Assembly: GCA_030704615.1 (NCBI GenBank)
Contig: CM060733.1
Span: 38,936,001-39,000,000 of the forward strand
Direction: 5' to 3'
DNA length: 64,000 bases
Origin: Takakia lepidozioides
Taxonomy: Eukaryota > Plantae > Bryophyta
The notes under the pieces were generated by a model. It made no database searches. It saw only the letters and a program-made list of their open reading frames with translations, and was not told the DNA's origin. A program made the translations under genes and the position numbers. Below, piece after piece: positions 1 through 13,328 of the stretch; position 1 is the first letter of the stretch; each line of letters starts with the position of its first letter.

Positions 1-3000
1 GGTGCTCGAGGTGAGAGTTGGCAGCGAAGGCAGAGTGATGGATGAGGTTGAGGAGTCTACTCGGGATGAGGAGGTTTCAATGAGGAGTGATGGGGCCGGA
101 TGAGGCCTTGTCATTGACTGAGCAGGAAGGGGGTACGCTCAAGAGGTTGCAGCAATCGAACCACGGGATCGTCCTCAACTCTAAGCCCACTGGACTTTAG
201 GGGCAGTTACGGAGAACAATTGGGAGCCTGACATTGGACCCATTGTCACCGGAGGAGAGAGACGACGTATACGGCGGTTCCTGAGGGCTTATAGGAATTG
301 CTTTGCCTTCAGTTTGAAGGACTTGGGGAGCACTGAAGGGTCAAGAGATCGTTATTGAGTTGGCCACTGACACGCCATCTTTCGGAGACCTATAGATACA
401 GTGACATAGAGAGGTCTTTGATTCAGATGAGGACTCAAGATCTCTGGGAGGCAGGTTTGGTGGAGCTCTCTGGTGGAGAGTATGACTTCAGCCACAGTGA
501 TGCCAGCTAAGAAGGATGTTATGGCAATGACGGGAGAGATGTAGAATGTATGTGCGGTGATTACCGGCCTGTAAATCGTCAGACCAAGTCCGATAGGTAT
601 GCCATGCCAACACCCAGAGGGACTTTGATGCCAGTGGGCATTCCAAGGTACTTTGCAGTTGGATTTACGATCGGATATCACCAGTTGCCGATCAGGAGGC
701 GGATACAGCAATAGACGGCATTCTGGGGATCAATGAGCACGGGAAGGATTGCTATACCAGTGGCGTTCTTACCATTTGGGCTTAAAAATGCTCCCGCTGA
801 GTTTCAAAGAGTCAGGACAGGATTTAGCAGGGGTTTGGAGTTTGCTCAGTTGCTACATAGATGACATCATCATCTTTAGTGCTTACGGTGAGGAGCATGA
901 GAGACACCTTCAGGGGGTATTTGAGCGCTTGAGGAGCATGGATTGAAGTTACATCCGGGCAAGTGCAAGTTTTTTCCACAACCAGATTGGTATCTGGGTC
1001 ACATGATATATCTGGAGGATTGGGGGTTACAGCAGACTAAGGTAGAGTCCATTGCACAGGTTCCACGCCCCCACGGATGTGAGCGAGTTCGAGCTTCATG
1101 GGGTTAGCAAACTATACAGACGGTTTGTTAAGGGATTTAGGCCATTGCCAAGGCTCTAACCAAGCTGACCAAGGTGGACCGGAAGTGGCAGTGGAAGATG
1201 AGCAAGAACAAGCTTTTCAAGAGCTCAAGGCGAGGTGACCTCGGCGCCCATCTTGAGACGACCTATCAGGGGGCCGTCCTTTTAGCTACATACAGATTGG
1301 AGATGATGCTGGGCTTGGAGCGGTGCTCCACACAGGTGGATGATGAGGGAAGAGAGTTCGTAGTGCTTATGTAGACGCTCGAAAAACTGCTAAGAGTCTA
1401 AGTATAGCTCATATGAGGGAGAATGCTAGCTGCAGTGTGGGCCGTGGCACACACTTCAGGTGCTATTAACGGGCAATCCTCTCACCCTTGTCACGGATCA
1501 ACCACCACTCAAGTGGTTGCTGGAGTCAGACAAGCTTACGGGGAAGCTTGCACGGTGGGGCACTCATCCTTCAAGAGTATGACTTTCAGGTGGTGCATCG
1601 ACCGGGGTTGGTCAATCGAAATGTAGATGGGTTGAGTCGCAATCCATGCACGGCAGCAGGATGCACTGGCGCTGGAGGGTGGCATGGTGAGACGGACGAG
1701 GAGGATGGTGCCAGGATGGCATGCATCTGCCATTTCTGGTATCTTGGCAGCGGAAAAAGGCCAGGTTGGACCTACAACAGGGATGACTGTAGATCAAGTG
1801 TATTGGGGACCTGAGGCCAGCAATGAGCAGGGTTGGCCGCAAAGATATACATGAGGATCAGTTGTGTTGGACTACCTCCGCGGAGTGGAGACCGGCAGCA
1901 CGATGACTGCCAAGAGAGAGGGATCGGATCCTACAACGAGCCAAGAGGTTCAGGGGGCGGGGACACACCTACTCCGAGTGTGGGAGGATGGTTGAGTGAG
2001 GATTGTGCCTCACCCAACACAGCGGGCACGGTTAGTGCGGCATGCCATGAGGAGTTGGGGCATTTTGGGGTGCGACGCAATATAAGTCTACTGCAGGTGC
2101 AGTATTGGTGTGCGTGGTATGCACACAGAGGTGCAACAATTTGTGGCTAGGTGCATGGTGTGTGACAGGGTGGTGCTTCATTACAACGGCACTACTACAC
2201 AATTGCACCCTCTTCGATCATGGATTGGGCTTACAGATGGGAGTCTTGACTTCGCAAGGCCGTTTGCCACTGACATGCGCCAAACAAGTAAGTTGTTGGG
2301 ATGGTGGAGGCATTCTCCAAGTGGATTGATTGGTTTCATTGCCTGATAAGGCTAGTGAGGAGCTGAGTATGCATTCCTTGGATTGTGTGCTTAGCCGATT
2401 CGGTTGCTACAGCTGAGGTATACTCACGGACCAAGGGAGAGATTCTTGGGGGAGAGTTCAGGCTTTGGTTGACAGGCCACGGAAACTGATAGACCACGCG
2501 ACCACTTCTCGGGATCATCCTGAAGACGATGGCTTGGCCAGAGAGAGTTGTTCAGACAGTAACAGAAGGGTTTTGCGCAAGGAAGTATGGTGCAGAAGGG
2601 ACACCTAGGAGATGGACCTTGCAGTTACCCTGGTTAGCCATGGGATACAGTTCAGCAAGAAAGCATCACTTGCCTCCTTTCACCATACTTTCTTCTCTTT
2701 GGCCGAGAGCCGGATTTGCCTACATCCATTGCAGAGAAGCTGCCAGTTCTTAACCTTGACGATCGGACGTGGTGGGCACGTGCATGTGAAGCAGCGTGCA
2801 GAGTGTTCAAGAGAGTCCTTTCCCATGGCCCTTTCGAGAACCTTGCATTGCACAACACCGTGATACTTTCTGAGGTATGTACCATTAATGTGGTGGGGGT
2901 ATCGTCCTGGGGTTCGGGAGATTCAACCCTGGTGACTATGTCTATTGCAAGCAGACTGCTCCTACGACCCTGGCTGTGCAGCGCGGACGTGTTATTTTGA

Positions 3001-3154
3001 GGGTTCGAGAGGTTCTTGCCCTCAGGCGGTCTTGGTCTTGGAGGGTCGGGATGGCATAACTTGGAAGGGGACCATGTGCGTCTTGTGCGCAATGTCACCT
3101 TCCGAATTCGATGGCAGGATTGACAAAACCTGGCAGTGGATCTGCAGGTTTGAG

Positions 3155-3295
3155 GTGCATGTTGTGTGTGGGTCTGCTAAAGGGGCAGCCCACAATGCTG
3201 GTGTATGGATCGATGCTCTGAGGTGGGATATGGGGGTGCTTGACTCCACCTCTTGAGATGGTTCCAAATGGGGATTGGTTATGTCCACAATGCAT
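3155..3295 (+). other. PHD finger at the integrase C-terminus (frameshifted)
   Basis: Read across frameshifts it gives approximately C-x2-CGSAKGAA-x-MLV-C-DRC-x2-GW-x-MGCLTPPLEMVP-x-GDWLCPQC, the C4HC3 PHD pattern with the typical CL-x-PPL…VP-x-G-x-W-x-CP-x-C tail. Confidence 0.8.
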
Positions 3296-3558
3296 TGGAT
3301 AGTGGGGAGTGGATAAACCATGGGAGGCTGAACAAGCAACGCAAGCCCAGCTACAGGAGACCTTGAATACACGAAGTCCTGGCTCAAGTTCACAGATGCA
3401 AGACGGCGACTAACGATGGGGCTCTTTGCACCGGCCGTCTTGGTCTATCGAGTTTTGAGTACGATAGGGACGGTGTGTACAGGACTTAGTACGGCTATGG
3501 CTATTACGTATTGTATATCTGGAGGTAGAGGGACCTAATCCACCAGCTAGGGGGCCGA

Positions 3559-4088
3559 TTGTGGTAGACTACTTTATTGTGCCTGTATGTGTGGTGTGGT
3601 TTGGACGGCGAGTAGTTGTGTAGCGATATGTATGCGCACGACAGTGTCAAGTTTAAAAAGCCCAAGTGTGAAAACAGCTAGCATAAAAACTAGTTATTTG
3701 TATTTAACACTGGATTTAGGTCAAGTGTTTTAAATCAGGTATCAAGTTTAGTTTGACACATGGTCCGTCTTATCTTCACGAGACGGCAGTCGCGCAGCTC
3801 ATCTCTATCGAGTTGAGCCTGCGCGAGACGAGCGCCTTCATGCTTTAGAATATGAGTGTGCTTATGTAGGGGTATAGGTTGTTGGGGGGTGGAGTCCCCA
3901 TAGCTGGGGGTGGTGGCCCCTGGCTCGACTTATATATTAAAGAGTGATGTTGAGGGATTTCATTATTGGTGTGAACAGTGTGTTGAGTTTTTTATCATTG
4001 TGGTAGACTACTTATTGGAAGATATGTGTGGGGTGGTGTTGGACAGCGATTGTAGTTGTGTAGTTGTAGCGTATGTATGCGCACGACA
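3559..4088 (+). repeat. 3' terminal repeats B1 (3559-3643), A2 (3645-3997, TGTCAAG…TTATCA) and B2 (3998-4088)
   Basis: B (ttgtggtagactac…gcgcacgaca) occurs on both sides of A. A matches 42622-42972 (-) and 28211-28492 (-). A purine-rich tract (agggggccga) precedes B1. Confidence 0.85.
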
Positions 4089-7000
4089 CCTGCTTGATTG
4101 GTACGGACCCGGTTCCAGTTCAATCTTATGCTGACAGATTTCAGGTGGTATCCCTTTTAGATCCTCATAGCTTCCCAAGCAAATACATCTATGTATTTGA
4201 TGAACAAACTCTAGCTTCTTAAAGAATTCTGGCTCCAAATCAGCTCCTACCTTGCACCATCCTCGGTTCCTCTTTAGTCCCACATTCACTCCCTCACGCT
4301 CATTCAGCTGTGATTGTCCAAAAACCAGTCACCACTTCATCCTGTAAAATCACAGTGGCTGGGTTCCTCTAGTATTCCATTTATCATTATCTTTCTTCAT
4401 AGAAAATGTGATGGGTACTACGGGTTGCCTCTTCAATGGTGTGTTGCTGACGCTACACCACAGCGATACCTCTTAAACAACTTAGGCCTTCCAGCCGCAC
4501 TTGCAACCTGCTCCCACTCTGGGATGGCAGCAAAAAGGGTAGCTTCCGATCCTCATCCAGTCCTCCTCTCCAGTCATACTTCTCCTGACCCTCGAGGTCT
4601 TCTCGAACAGTTAATCTAACTAGATTTCTTGTGGTAATTGTATCTCGTGCATCCCATTATGCACGATTAGTAACTGAGAATTCCAGTCATGGAATACCCT
4701 GGCCTGTTTCAGCCACGGACGTCCCAATAATAAGGAGTAAGCCTCAATGACTTCATCCCATCTCAACACAGTTACTGTGATAATAAAGATCATCTTCTGT
4801 ATCTGATCTAAGTCCTCTTATAAATCCACCACTGGTTCGATTTGCCATTGTTACGGTAAATGGGGGGCTGGTTCATGTTATTAGACAAGCTTCTTTCTTA
4901 ATTGGTATGTCAGGAATTTACTCTAGAGCTCCATCTATCAGTACATCAGTTAGGTTCTGTGCTTCCAATTCTCTCTCAATTGGAGTACTGGCAAGAATCA
5001 TCAAAGCCATGATGTTTCTCGCCCTTCGGCTTCACATTATAACTGTGGCACCTTTGCTGTAGGTCTGTGTTTACTGTCTCTGGGCAATTCGATTGCTGCT
5101 TGATACAGCTGTGTCTACAATAAGGTGCCACAGCAATAGCTGTCCAATGGTAATCTCTGCTTTTGGTCTAGCATATTACTCAGCCAAAGTCCCTCATTAT
5201 TTGCATGTCTGCATCTTCTTTCTTCATTTCATCCTCACTCACTTCTTCTTCTCCATCAGAATCAGAGGATCTGCCACAGGAATATCAGTACTCTTCTGCA
5301 TTTCCCTTATGGTATCTGCCACTTCCTTGTGCAGGTCCTTCTCATCTCTCCAAGCTCATCATCTTCAGGCATATCACTGCCACCTTCATATCATCATCTT
5401 CATCAACTACTGAGGTATAGTTGTGGTTTCTTTTGTTACTATCATTGTACTTACTTCGGTACAACACATGCTTCTAACCATGTGAGCTGCCACCACTGGG
5501 CCCTCATCACAGGAGCTCTCATTTCCTTCTGGTGGCTAATCCAGAATGACAGGCTGCCTTCGAATGTCCTGGCTTGATACAATAGTAACTAGTTCTTCAC
5601 CATTGGGTCCCTCGCCCTTGGTCTGCTCGGATTATTTCTGTCATCTGATTCCCGGGTTGGTAATTCCCTTGGTTACCCTGATAGTTGCCTCGAATTTCAT
5701 TGGTAATTCCCTCTTGAATTACCTCTCCCTTCCATGCCATTGTTATAACCACCAGGACCTACCATAGTAGTCCTGATCATTGTTTTCTTGGCGGGGCTGC
5801 ACTTGATGGCACCCTTACTGCCTAGGTTCATAGCTGCTGTCCTTCTGTTGTAGTAAAACAATTCTCAGTAGAATGGTATCCATTTTACAAATAGTACAGT
5901 GTTTCCTTATGTGGCATTCAGTGGTGGTATGGCCGTCATTCTGGCACTTTGCACACCAAACACCCTTCTCCAATGTGTGCAGCCTCTGTGGCCCACTTCT
6001 TCAAGATTTCTTCTAATCTTTTTCATGTTATCCCTCTTCAACTTCTCCTTTCTCGTACTCTTCCTTTTCAGTTCTTGTCCTCATCATCTTCTCTCTTGAT
6101 CCCTGCTCAATTGTTTGCCGTTTCATGCCTCCTCACTGTATTATGGGGTAACATATCCACTTTCTTCTGCACTCTGGTCTTAGTCCACTCACAAACCCAA
6201 GTCTTCTGTAACCCTGGTGCTGGTACAGCAGCCAGCTTTTCATCATCAATTCCATCTTTTCCATATACTCCTCAACAGTTTCATGCTTCTTTTGCTTTAA
6301 CTGTTGTAAACTTCCATACACTTCATCCTCAGTTTACTTGTCCTGAACTATTTCGGAATGTTGTATTCAAGCCATTCCAAGTTAGAAAATGGTTATCAGG
6401 GAATCTTGCATACCATTCACTTGCTTCTTGATAAGTGAACAAGGAAACAATCTCATTGGCATCTTCGCCATTCTCATTGTTCACTATACACATGTGCTCA
6501 AATTGGCTAATGTGTACATCGGGATCCCCTTTCCCTGAATATATTGGAAAAGGTGGTTTTGCCCGTGTTGTTTGTAACGCCATCTGTGGCCCTACCTTCT
6601 GCACTGACAGGTGCTTGCACCCTTGCTGGTGCTGGTCCTTCAGGACCATGTTGTTGTGGTGGATCTTCCACCAAGTGGTGGCCCTTGAGCACTCCTGCTA
6701 CTGGCCCACGATATTCACAGTATTCCCAGCTCCAGTTGCACTACTTCCCACACTCCCTGTCCCCCCAGAGCCAGGTCCAGGCAGCCCGCCTGATCCCCTT
6801 AGCCGACCTTTCGTTGGCCTGTGATCCAAGTGCTCCACTTGATCCAGGTCCAACGGGTTGGGATGTCCTGGTTGTAGTCTCAACCTCAGCTGTTGGGTCT
6901 ACTTCTTCATACTCTTCCTCTTCCAATTTCTTCTATCTATTTTCATCCTCCAAGTTCTGCCCTTGGGTTTCTTCTTCACTCATATAACTCAACTGCAATG

Positions 7001-9250
7001 GTGTTGGAGAGTCTGAACTCTCCGTTGGCTCTGCCACATCTTCTCCTCCTTTCTTCACCTTCCGCTTCAGAAACTGGAGTTCCTGCTTTTGGTGTTCCAT
7101 GCCAACTCTTATCAAAGATTTCTGTCAAATCTTTTATCCAGGGATGTACCTCAGATCTTTCACTCGTGATTGATCTTCTTCCCCCCGTACCAATTCCCTT
7201 AATCTTCTTGCAAAGAAAAAAAGAAGGAGTGGCATCCAACTCTAGTTCTTCCGGTATGGGTGATGTACTCTCTGATCTTAATGGTGTGAGAGGTCCAGAT
7301 GATTCCCCTATGTCTATTCCTCTCTCCCAAAGATATGGATAATTAGCTTTCAGATAGCTTTTCTTTTTGCTGAATATCTCTGGCGTCTAGTTCTCTTTCA
7401 TCACTCATGTCCCATGTCTTTCATTTCTTTTAATGTGGCAATAACCAAACTCTCTTCTGTAATATCTCTGGTATATGCCTGGGTTCTTTCAAGCTTCAAT
7501 GCACCCTTGGCTACACTAGAAGTCTCCGTTACCATATAACCATATGGCAAACAAGTCTGGAAAGTTGTTCTTGGTGTGAGTTTGATCCACAAAATATCCT
7601 TTGGAATCCAATTCTTTACCAGTACAAGCTCTTCATGCATATGAGTAAAAACATTCACCTTTCTTTCCTCCCAGCCTTCAAACTCTACTCGTTTAATGGA
7701 TAGCAATGCTATCACATAAACCAGTGTTGGTAACCAACGTGCTCTTCCTCTACATGCCACCTGATAAATCTTTATCACTCCTTTCTCCAGACCCCATTCA
7801 GGGTCAGCATCATGCACTCTCTTAAGAATGTTTTCCTACAACCGTCTGACAATTCCAAGAACCTTGAAAGAATCGTTTGGACAATCTTTCCTTCTCAGTT
7901 TCAAAGGAATTTGATTCACATCAAATTCTTTAATTCTCCAACCACCATGATCCCACCAGATGCCTGTCACATCTGGTTGTTCATGACCCAGTTCCCCAGT
8001 ATGGTCGCCAAATGTCGTGCGGCTTTTACTCACCCATCCCTTCGCTATCCGAGGCGGAAACTCCAAGATAGAAGAGTTGGAAATCTCTAAGCACTCAGCC
8101 CGCTCAGAACAATCAGTCATGACCTACAGCTAGTGTATCATGGGGGTGTTTCCTATTTGTTTTCCTTCCCGCATTCATGTTAGCTAGTTACCTTACTGTT
8201 GGTAATTAAGTATCAGTTTGCTTCAGCAATCTATCAGATTCCATCAACTCATCCATTCATTCCACAGCTTCACTCAGATCTCTCTACACAGTGTGAGTAT
8301 GAAGTATGTATCAGATTAATATCTATCAAGTATCAGGCTGAAGCCATGGAGTCTCTAATCTGCTCTACATTACAACTTTACTGCTTGCATTCATTAAGCA
8401 TCAACAGATCGTCCTCCTCCTACTCCGTGCTCTCCCTCTTTCTGCTCAGAGATGCGCTCTCTGCCTCATTTCCCCCAGTAATATCCGAAGTCCCCCCAAG
8501 AAGTGCCCCCCAAGAAGTGCTCTCCCAGAATTGATCATTTTCCAGTCCTCGCTCCTGGCTTTATCTTCCTACCTGTTGTTCTAACCGTTTCCCTCACTAA
8601 CCGTCATCCGTGAACTAACATGTTCCATTCACAGATGTTGTTCCCCACAGTCGTTCCCTGTCCTGCTATCCATTCCCTATGGTCATGACAGCTGTGTCAA
8701 GCTGTGACTGGCTGTGTGAAACTGTGACGGGCTGTGACCGGCTGTGTTGGGCTGTGACTGGCTGTGCGACTGTGTTGGGCTATGTTGACTATGACTGGCT
8801 GTGTTGGACTGTGACGGGCTGTGTTGGACTGTAACTGGCTGTGTTGGCTGTGTCGGGCTGTGTCGGGCTGTGTCGGCTGTGTTGGACTGTGATGGGCTGT
8901 GTAACCCCCCCTAAAGTGCGCTGCTGTCACCCCTAAGGCTCCTGTTGGTCTCAGTCTGTGTAAAAATTTAAGGGTACCCCACAGATCCCGTAAAAGTGTC
9001 TAAGTCCCAGACAGTCCTCTAACACATGTGCCCGTATATCAGCGGAAAAAGATTGGATACTTTTTGCACCTCAGAGGACCACACTCTGGCTTGACACACC
9101 ATTTTAAACTAATTACTAGAAAAGAGGTCACAGGCCTTTGTGGGTTTTCCTGTGCCTGACATCATTCACTCAGATGAGGGGAGCAGCAACCACTGCTCTA
9201 CAATCTCTCCTTTTACCCCCTCACGGCTTTTGTGATTTTTCTCTCTCTAT
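4089..9250 (-). mobile_element. Degenerate second Ty3/gypsy element (extra upstream ORF, gag, zinc knuckles, protease, start of RT), cut at 4088 by the first element
   Basis: Gag-like FPIYSGKGDPDVHISQFE…ASEWY (6329-6649); two CCHC knuckles ~5860-5970; protease-like VLIDG ~4940; RT start DLKGIPPEICQHKIELEPG (4100-4170). The 5' boundary is approximate. Confidence 0.75.
8690..8903. repeat. Degenerate ~10-bp tandem repeat (ggctgtgNNg)n
   Basis: About 20 visible units such as ggctgtgttg, ggctgtgacg and ggctgtgtcg. Confidence 0.9.
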
Positions 9251-9896
9251 GAGGAATACTGCAGCGGGGTAGAGATATTGACAAAAGATTGGAAGGAAGG
9301 GTACAAGGTTAGAGATCCACGTTCAGGAAGTCGCAGTGTTCTATGCAGGGAACATCGATATACTGGCAGAGTGTTTGTTCTATGTATGCACATGAGATAT
9401 GATTCGGAACTGAAGCGCCTCAGTGGGCATGCATTTTTTACAAAATGATCGGCAATAATGCAGGTGACATATGGATGCAAACACTGACGTTGTTTTCAAA
9501 CCCTGCACAAAATTAGATTTTACTTTGTACATTGTTAATAATAATAAGCGAACAACCAAGTTCAATAAAATAAAAGATAGAGATAATATCGTTGGTACCC
9601 TCTCCGGAACTTGAACGATGATGACCTGTAAAATACTCCAACAAATGGTGAGAAAGAAAGAAAAAACAAACAAACTACGGGTAGGAGCCCTATTGACTTC
9701 CTCCTAGTGGAGAATTCACTTAATTATTGCAACTTTGTTGCCCCGCACCCCGGGTTGCCATTCCCGGAGCTCCAATAATACATGGTAAAGAAATAGTGGG
9801 AGGAAGATGACTCACACATGATAGTATTTACACCGGATACCATTGACCTAATTGGGGAACGCCTCTCCCCGTAGAGTCTTCAGCTGCAATGAACAT

Positions 9897-11190
9897 CTAT
9901 CCCGCGTCTCGAAACTCTCTGAGTGAAGATAATGGTGACTTGGCTACTTGCCCCAAGCTCAATGCGGCTCCATCGCTTTCCCTATCAAGAGGTTCATCAT
10001 CTCTTGACATGTCGACCGGATGCATCTCCACCTGTAACGTAACCCTGGGGCTAGACTCAGTATCCATGGCAACTGACTGAGTCTGCTCTACATATGACAT
10101 GTAAGGGGCATTGTCTCTCACGACATCCTGGACTAGATTATCTTTACCTACAGTCTGCATTTTAATGACTTGATCAACCTCCTCATGAATGACACCATCA
10201 CTCAGACTAGTCTGGTTGGAAAAAATAGTGAATTGTGACTTTTTAGATTTGACTCCCATCTCTGAGGATGGCGGAATGTCCTTTGTGTCTATTACGTTAA
10301 CTGATTCTTCTTGAAACTGGCTGTCTCCATATAACCATTCCAAACAGTCCGAATCGGACGCGCATTCATAGAAACCATGATCTAGAGGCTTAACTTTAGG
10401 TTCTAGATTGACAACAACCTTTTCTCTTCTCTTGGCAAGTGTTGAGGTCAGAACCTTACATGTACCTTCAACATGAGTTCTCAGTCTTTTTCTCACCAAA
10501 GATGCTTCCAAAGTTTTCTTCAATATGGGGGATACAGAAATGAGTTGGGCAAAAGTGATGGTCGCCCAAATGTGACGCAAATCATTCATGAAATTGTAGG
10601 GCTCTATCTCGTCTGTGACTTGTATGGTTGATGATATTCTTCTTTTGGGCAAACTCGCCAGTGCTGTCGGTCGACACGCCGGAACTTTCGATCTTGCCGC
10701 GGGTGGGAACGAGGGCGTTGGATTTATCACCAAGGGCTCCACCTCTGCGTATGCTACCTCTTTCTCCTTTGGTTGTGTATCTGACTTCGTCACTGTGAAG
10801 TCCAAATCATTTTGCCCTGAGGCGGATGTGGTTGACTCCGACGCCACATACCCAGGTCCTTTACCTAGTGTATCTCTTTGCTGTCGGGTCATGATGGCAT
10901 AGCTACCTTTCTCGGGGCTAGCTTGCGTGGTTGGAGCAGCCTCAGGCTCACTCACAACCCCCTTATGTTGCGTCTCTTGCTGGCGCACTACATGATTTTG
11001 TACGTCGGCCTGCTCCTGCTGGGGAGTCACCAAAGTTGACACCTGATGTCCTCTCTGCACCCTTATATCCTGAGGGGGAGACCACGCGTTAGAAGAGCCA
11101 TGGGCTATCTGAGCTGCATGACTAGAAAAAACTACCCGAGGTGCCTGACTAGTGGCTGCAATGCCTCCCAGTTGACATGACCCTGCTTGA
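9897..11190 (-). pseudogene. Retrotransposon gag-pol linker-like fragment (387-aa ORF)
   Basis: PYNFMNDLRHIWATITFAQLISVSP resembles the conserved pre-protease segment of Ty3/gypsy polyproteins. No catalytic domain is visible. Confidence 0.5.
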
Positions 11191-11199
11191 TCGTTGCAA

Positions 11200-12400
11200 A
11201 AGCACTTGATAATGCTTATTGACTTATTTGGTTTCCCACTACATTAAAAGGCAAGGCATTGACCTGGTATTGGCAACAGCCCAATGGATCTTTTGTGGTT
11301 TGGGATCAGATCCGAGATGCGTTCTTGAATCGATTTCGTGGAGTACATCAATTTAGTAGTGTTCTGATGGCACTGGCAAGAATCCATCAAGGCCCTACGG
11401 AGGAAGTAGAGGACTTTGAGGTGAGATTCCGAGAGCTTATGGGGCTCCAGAATCTGTTGACTCCTTTGAATGATGAAGTGCTTAAGGATTGCTTTTTGAG
11501 TGGTTTACGAGAGGCTACTCACTTTCATGTTTTGCAAAAGACCTGCAACGTTAGCAGACGCTATTAATGTAGGGAAGGAGTTTGACAATATGCATAAGCA
11601 AGTTCAACGAGCCAAGATGCCGGAACTTGCACTTCCATCATACATAACCATCGAGCACGCCCGAGAGCCGGCCCCATTACTGGCAGTTCAGTCAGCTTTG
11701 CATTACATGCCCTCGTATGTCGAAGGAGCAAGACCTTACGTCCCAACAACGATTGCAGGACCAGTTGCAACGCAATCAGCGCCGGGCTACATCAGTGTAA
11801 TTCCCACCAACTTTTATGTTAATTCAATGGAACAGTCATATTCACAAGTTGGCCATATGCAGGCACAAGTGACATCCCTCATGAAGACAATCGAGACGAT
11901 TGGAGACCGAATGAGCTCCATCAGTCAACAAATCACCTGCGACGTCGAATATGCAGATGCAATACAAGTCGGAGAGTCAGACCCCAATCCAGCAAAGGTC
12001 TGGTGTTCAAGTTGCATATCTTCAGGTCCTTCCCTACAATATTGTCCTTATCCCACAAGGAAACGACAAGTAAACCAACACCCAAACTATCATGGTAGAC
12101 AGAACAGTCAAGTCAACCGACCTCAGAGAGGGTATCAGAAGTGTGGGAGAACAAACCACTGGACAGAAGAATGTTGGAGTGACGTTGTGTGTCTTTATTG
12201 CGGTAGTCGAGGTCATCCCTCTAACAAGTGTTATAGCAGGCAAGATGATAGACCCGCACCTGCCACCCCACAACATGTGGAGATGAATTTGGAGGGCCAA
12301 GGAGCTCCATTTCCAGCTCAGTATACGACGGTTCAGCCAGCCTCTTTGCCATCACAACATATCATGTATTTTGCTACGCCAACGCAAATTGCGCAGCACC
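11200..12400 (+). pseudogene. Retrotransposon gag fragment with zinc knuckles
   Basis: FPTTLKGKALTWY…WDQIRDAFLNRF…QGPTEEVEDFEVRF…FLSGLR, then CGRTNHWTEEC and CLYCGSRGHPSNKC. One frameshift ~11530. Confidence 0.8.
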
Positions 12401-12799
12401 CTATAATATATAATCTTTTTATTTTAATCTTTCAGATCTGCTCTCTCCACCTGAACGGTCCAGATCGAACCTCGTGTTTTTCCTCCATCCATTGTCATCC
12501 GTCCAGAGATCCAGCCCGTAATCCATCCATCCATGGTTCCATCCGCTGATTTCATCCATTTTCATTCTTCCTCATAATTTTCATCCATTTGTAACTTTCA
12601 TCCATCCTGGAACATGACCAACTTAAGTTGGTACATGACCAACTTACATTGATACATTAGCCATTTTAAATCCTCATGAATGTTGCTCCTCATCCATGTC
12701 ATTAATCCATTTGGGAAGTGGGGATCGCTACCCTTGATCAACCAATATCCAACGGTTCACATTTATCCTTGTTTTCCCATTAGCTCCCTTTCCCGTGCT

Positions 12800-13328
12800 A
12801 TGTTGAGGTCGGGGAGAGGTTCCTATGCTTGAAGTAGCGAATTGTAGCGTTGTTCTGAGAGTCGTTTGCTGGTGAGATCCTCCATCAAGATTCTAGATCA
12901 TACCTCCATACCATGTAATCTCTAGAGTACTATCCGCAAACCAAAAGCTGAGTACATGTAACTGCCGACTCTTTGTTAGAAACTTCAAAGGTATAATCCA
13001 CAGGGCAGCCTGGCAGACAACGCCAACGCGTACTAATGGAATCAAATGCCCACCACTTCCATGCACTTATGAGAGGCTGTACATTGTGTGCAAGACCAGC
13101 CAACATGTAAACCCATTCCTCCTTGATCTCTACCCGTTTGCGAGTCTCAAGGACGTCGTTGCGGCCTTCGTTATTAACCACTGCTAGCGCATTCTGCCAT
13201 TTCTTACAACCACCTGTCAACAATAAATAATAAGAGCGAGGCACCCGTGCAACGCATTCTAGTGTCACATGGTCTGTCAATCCCGGAATCAAGGAGTTGT
13301 GCTTCGACTGGTCCTCCGGCTCTGCCAT
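12800..13328 (-). pseudogene. F-box/kelch-repeat protein 5' fragment
   Basis: SLIPGLTDHVTLECVARVPR (plant F-box), EEWVY, WWAFD…RWRCLP and NKESAVTCTQLLVCG (first kelch). The ORF then stops. Confidence 0.8.

Larger units (their letters stand above)
1..4088 (+). mobile_element. 3' half of a Ty3/gypsy retrotransposon (RT-RNaseH-integrase-PHD, heavily frameshifted), same family as the DNMT-bearing copy at 34649-42972
   Basis: RT motifs (…LPFGLKNAPAEFQR, CYIDDIIIFS at ~770-880); RNaseH region (SKYSSYEGE ~1400, WALILQEYDFQVVHRPG ~1560); integrase HHCC (HEELGHFG…CMVC ~2045-2165) and DDE core (SLDFA, TDQG, GLAERVVQTV). Bases 1-~330 match the reverse complement of ~34650-34990. Confidence 0.93.
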
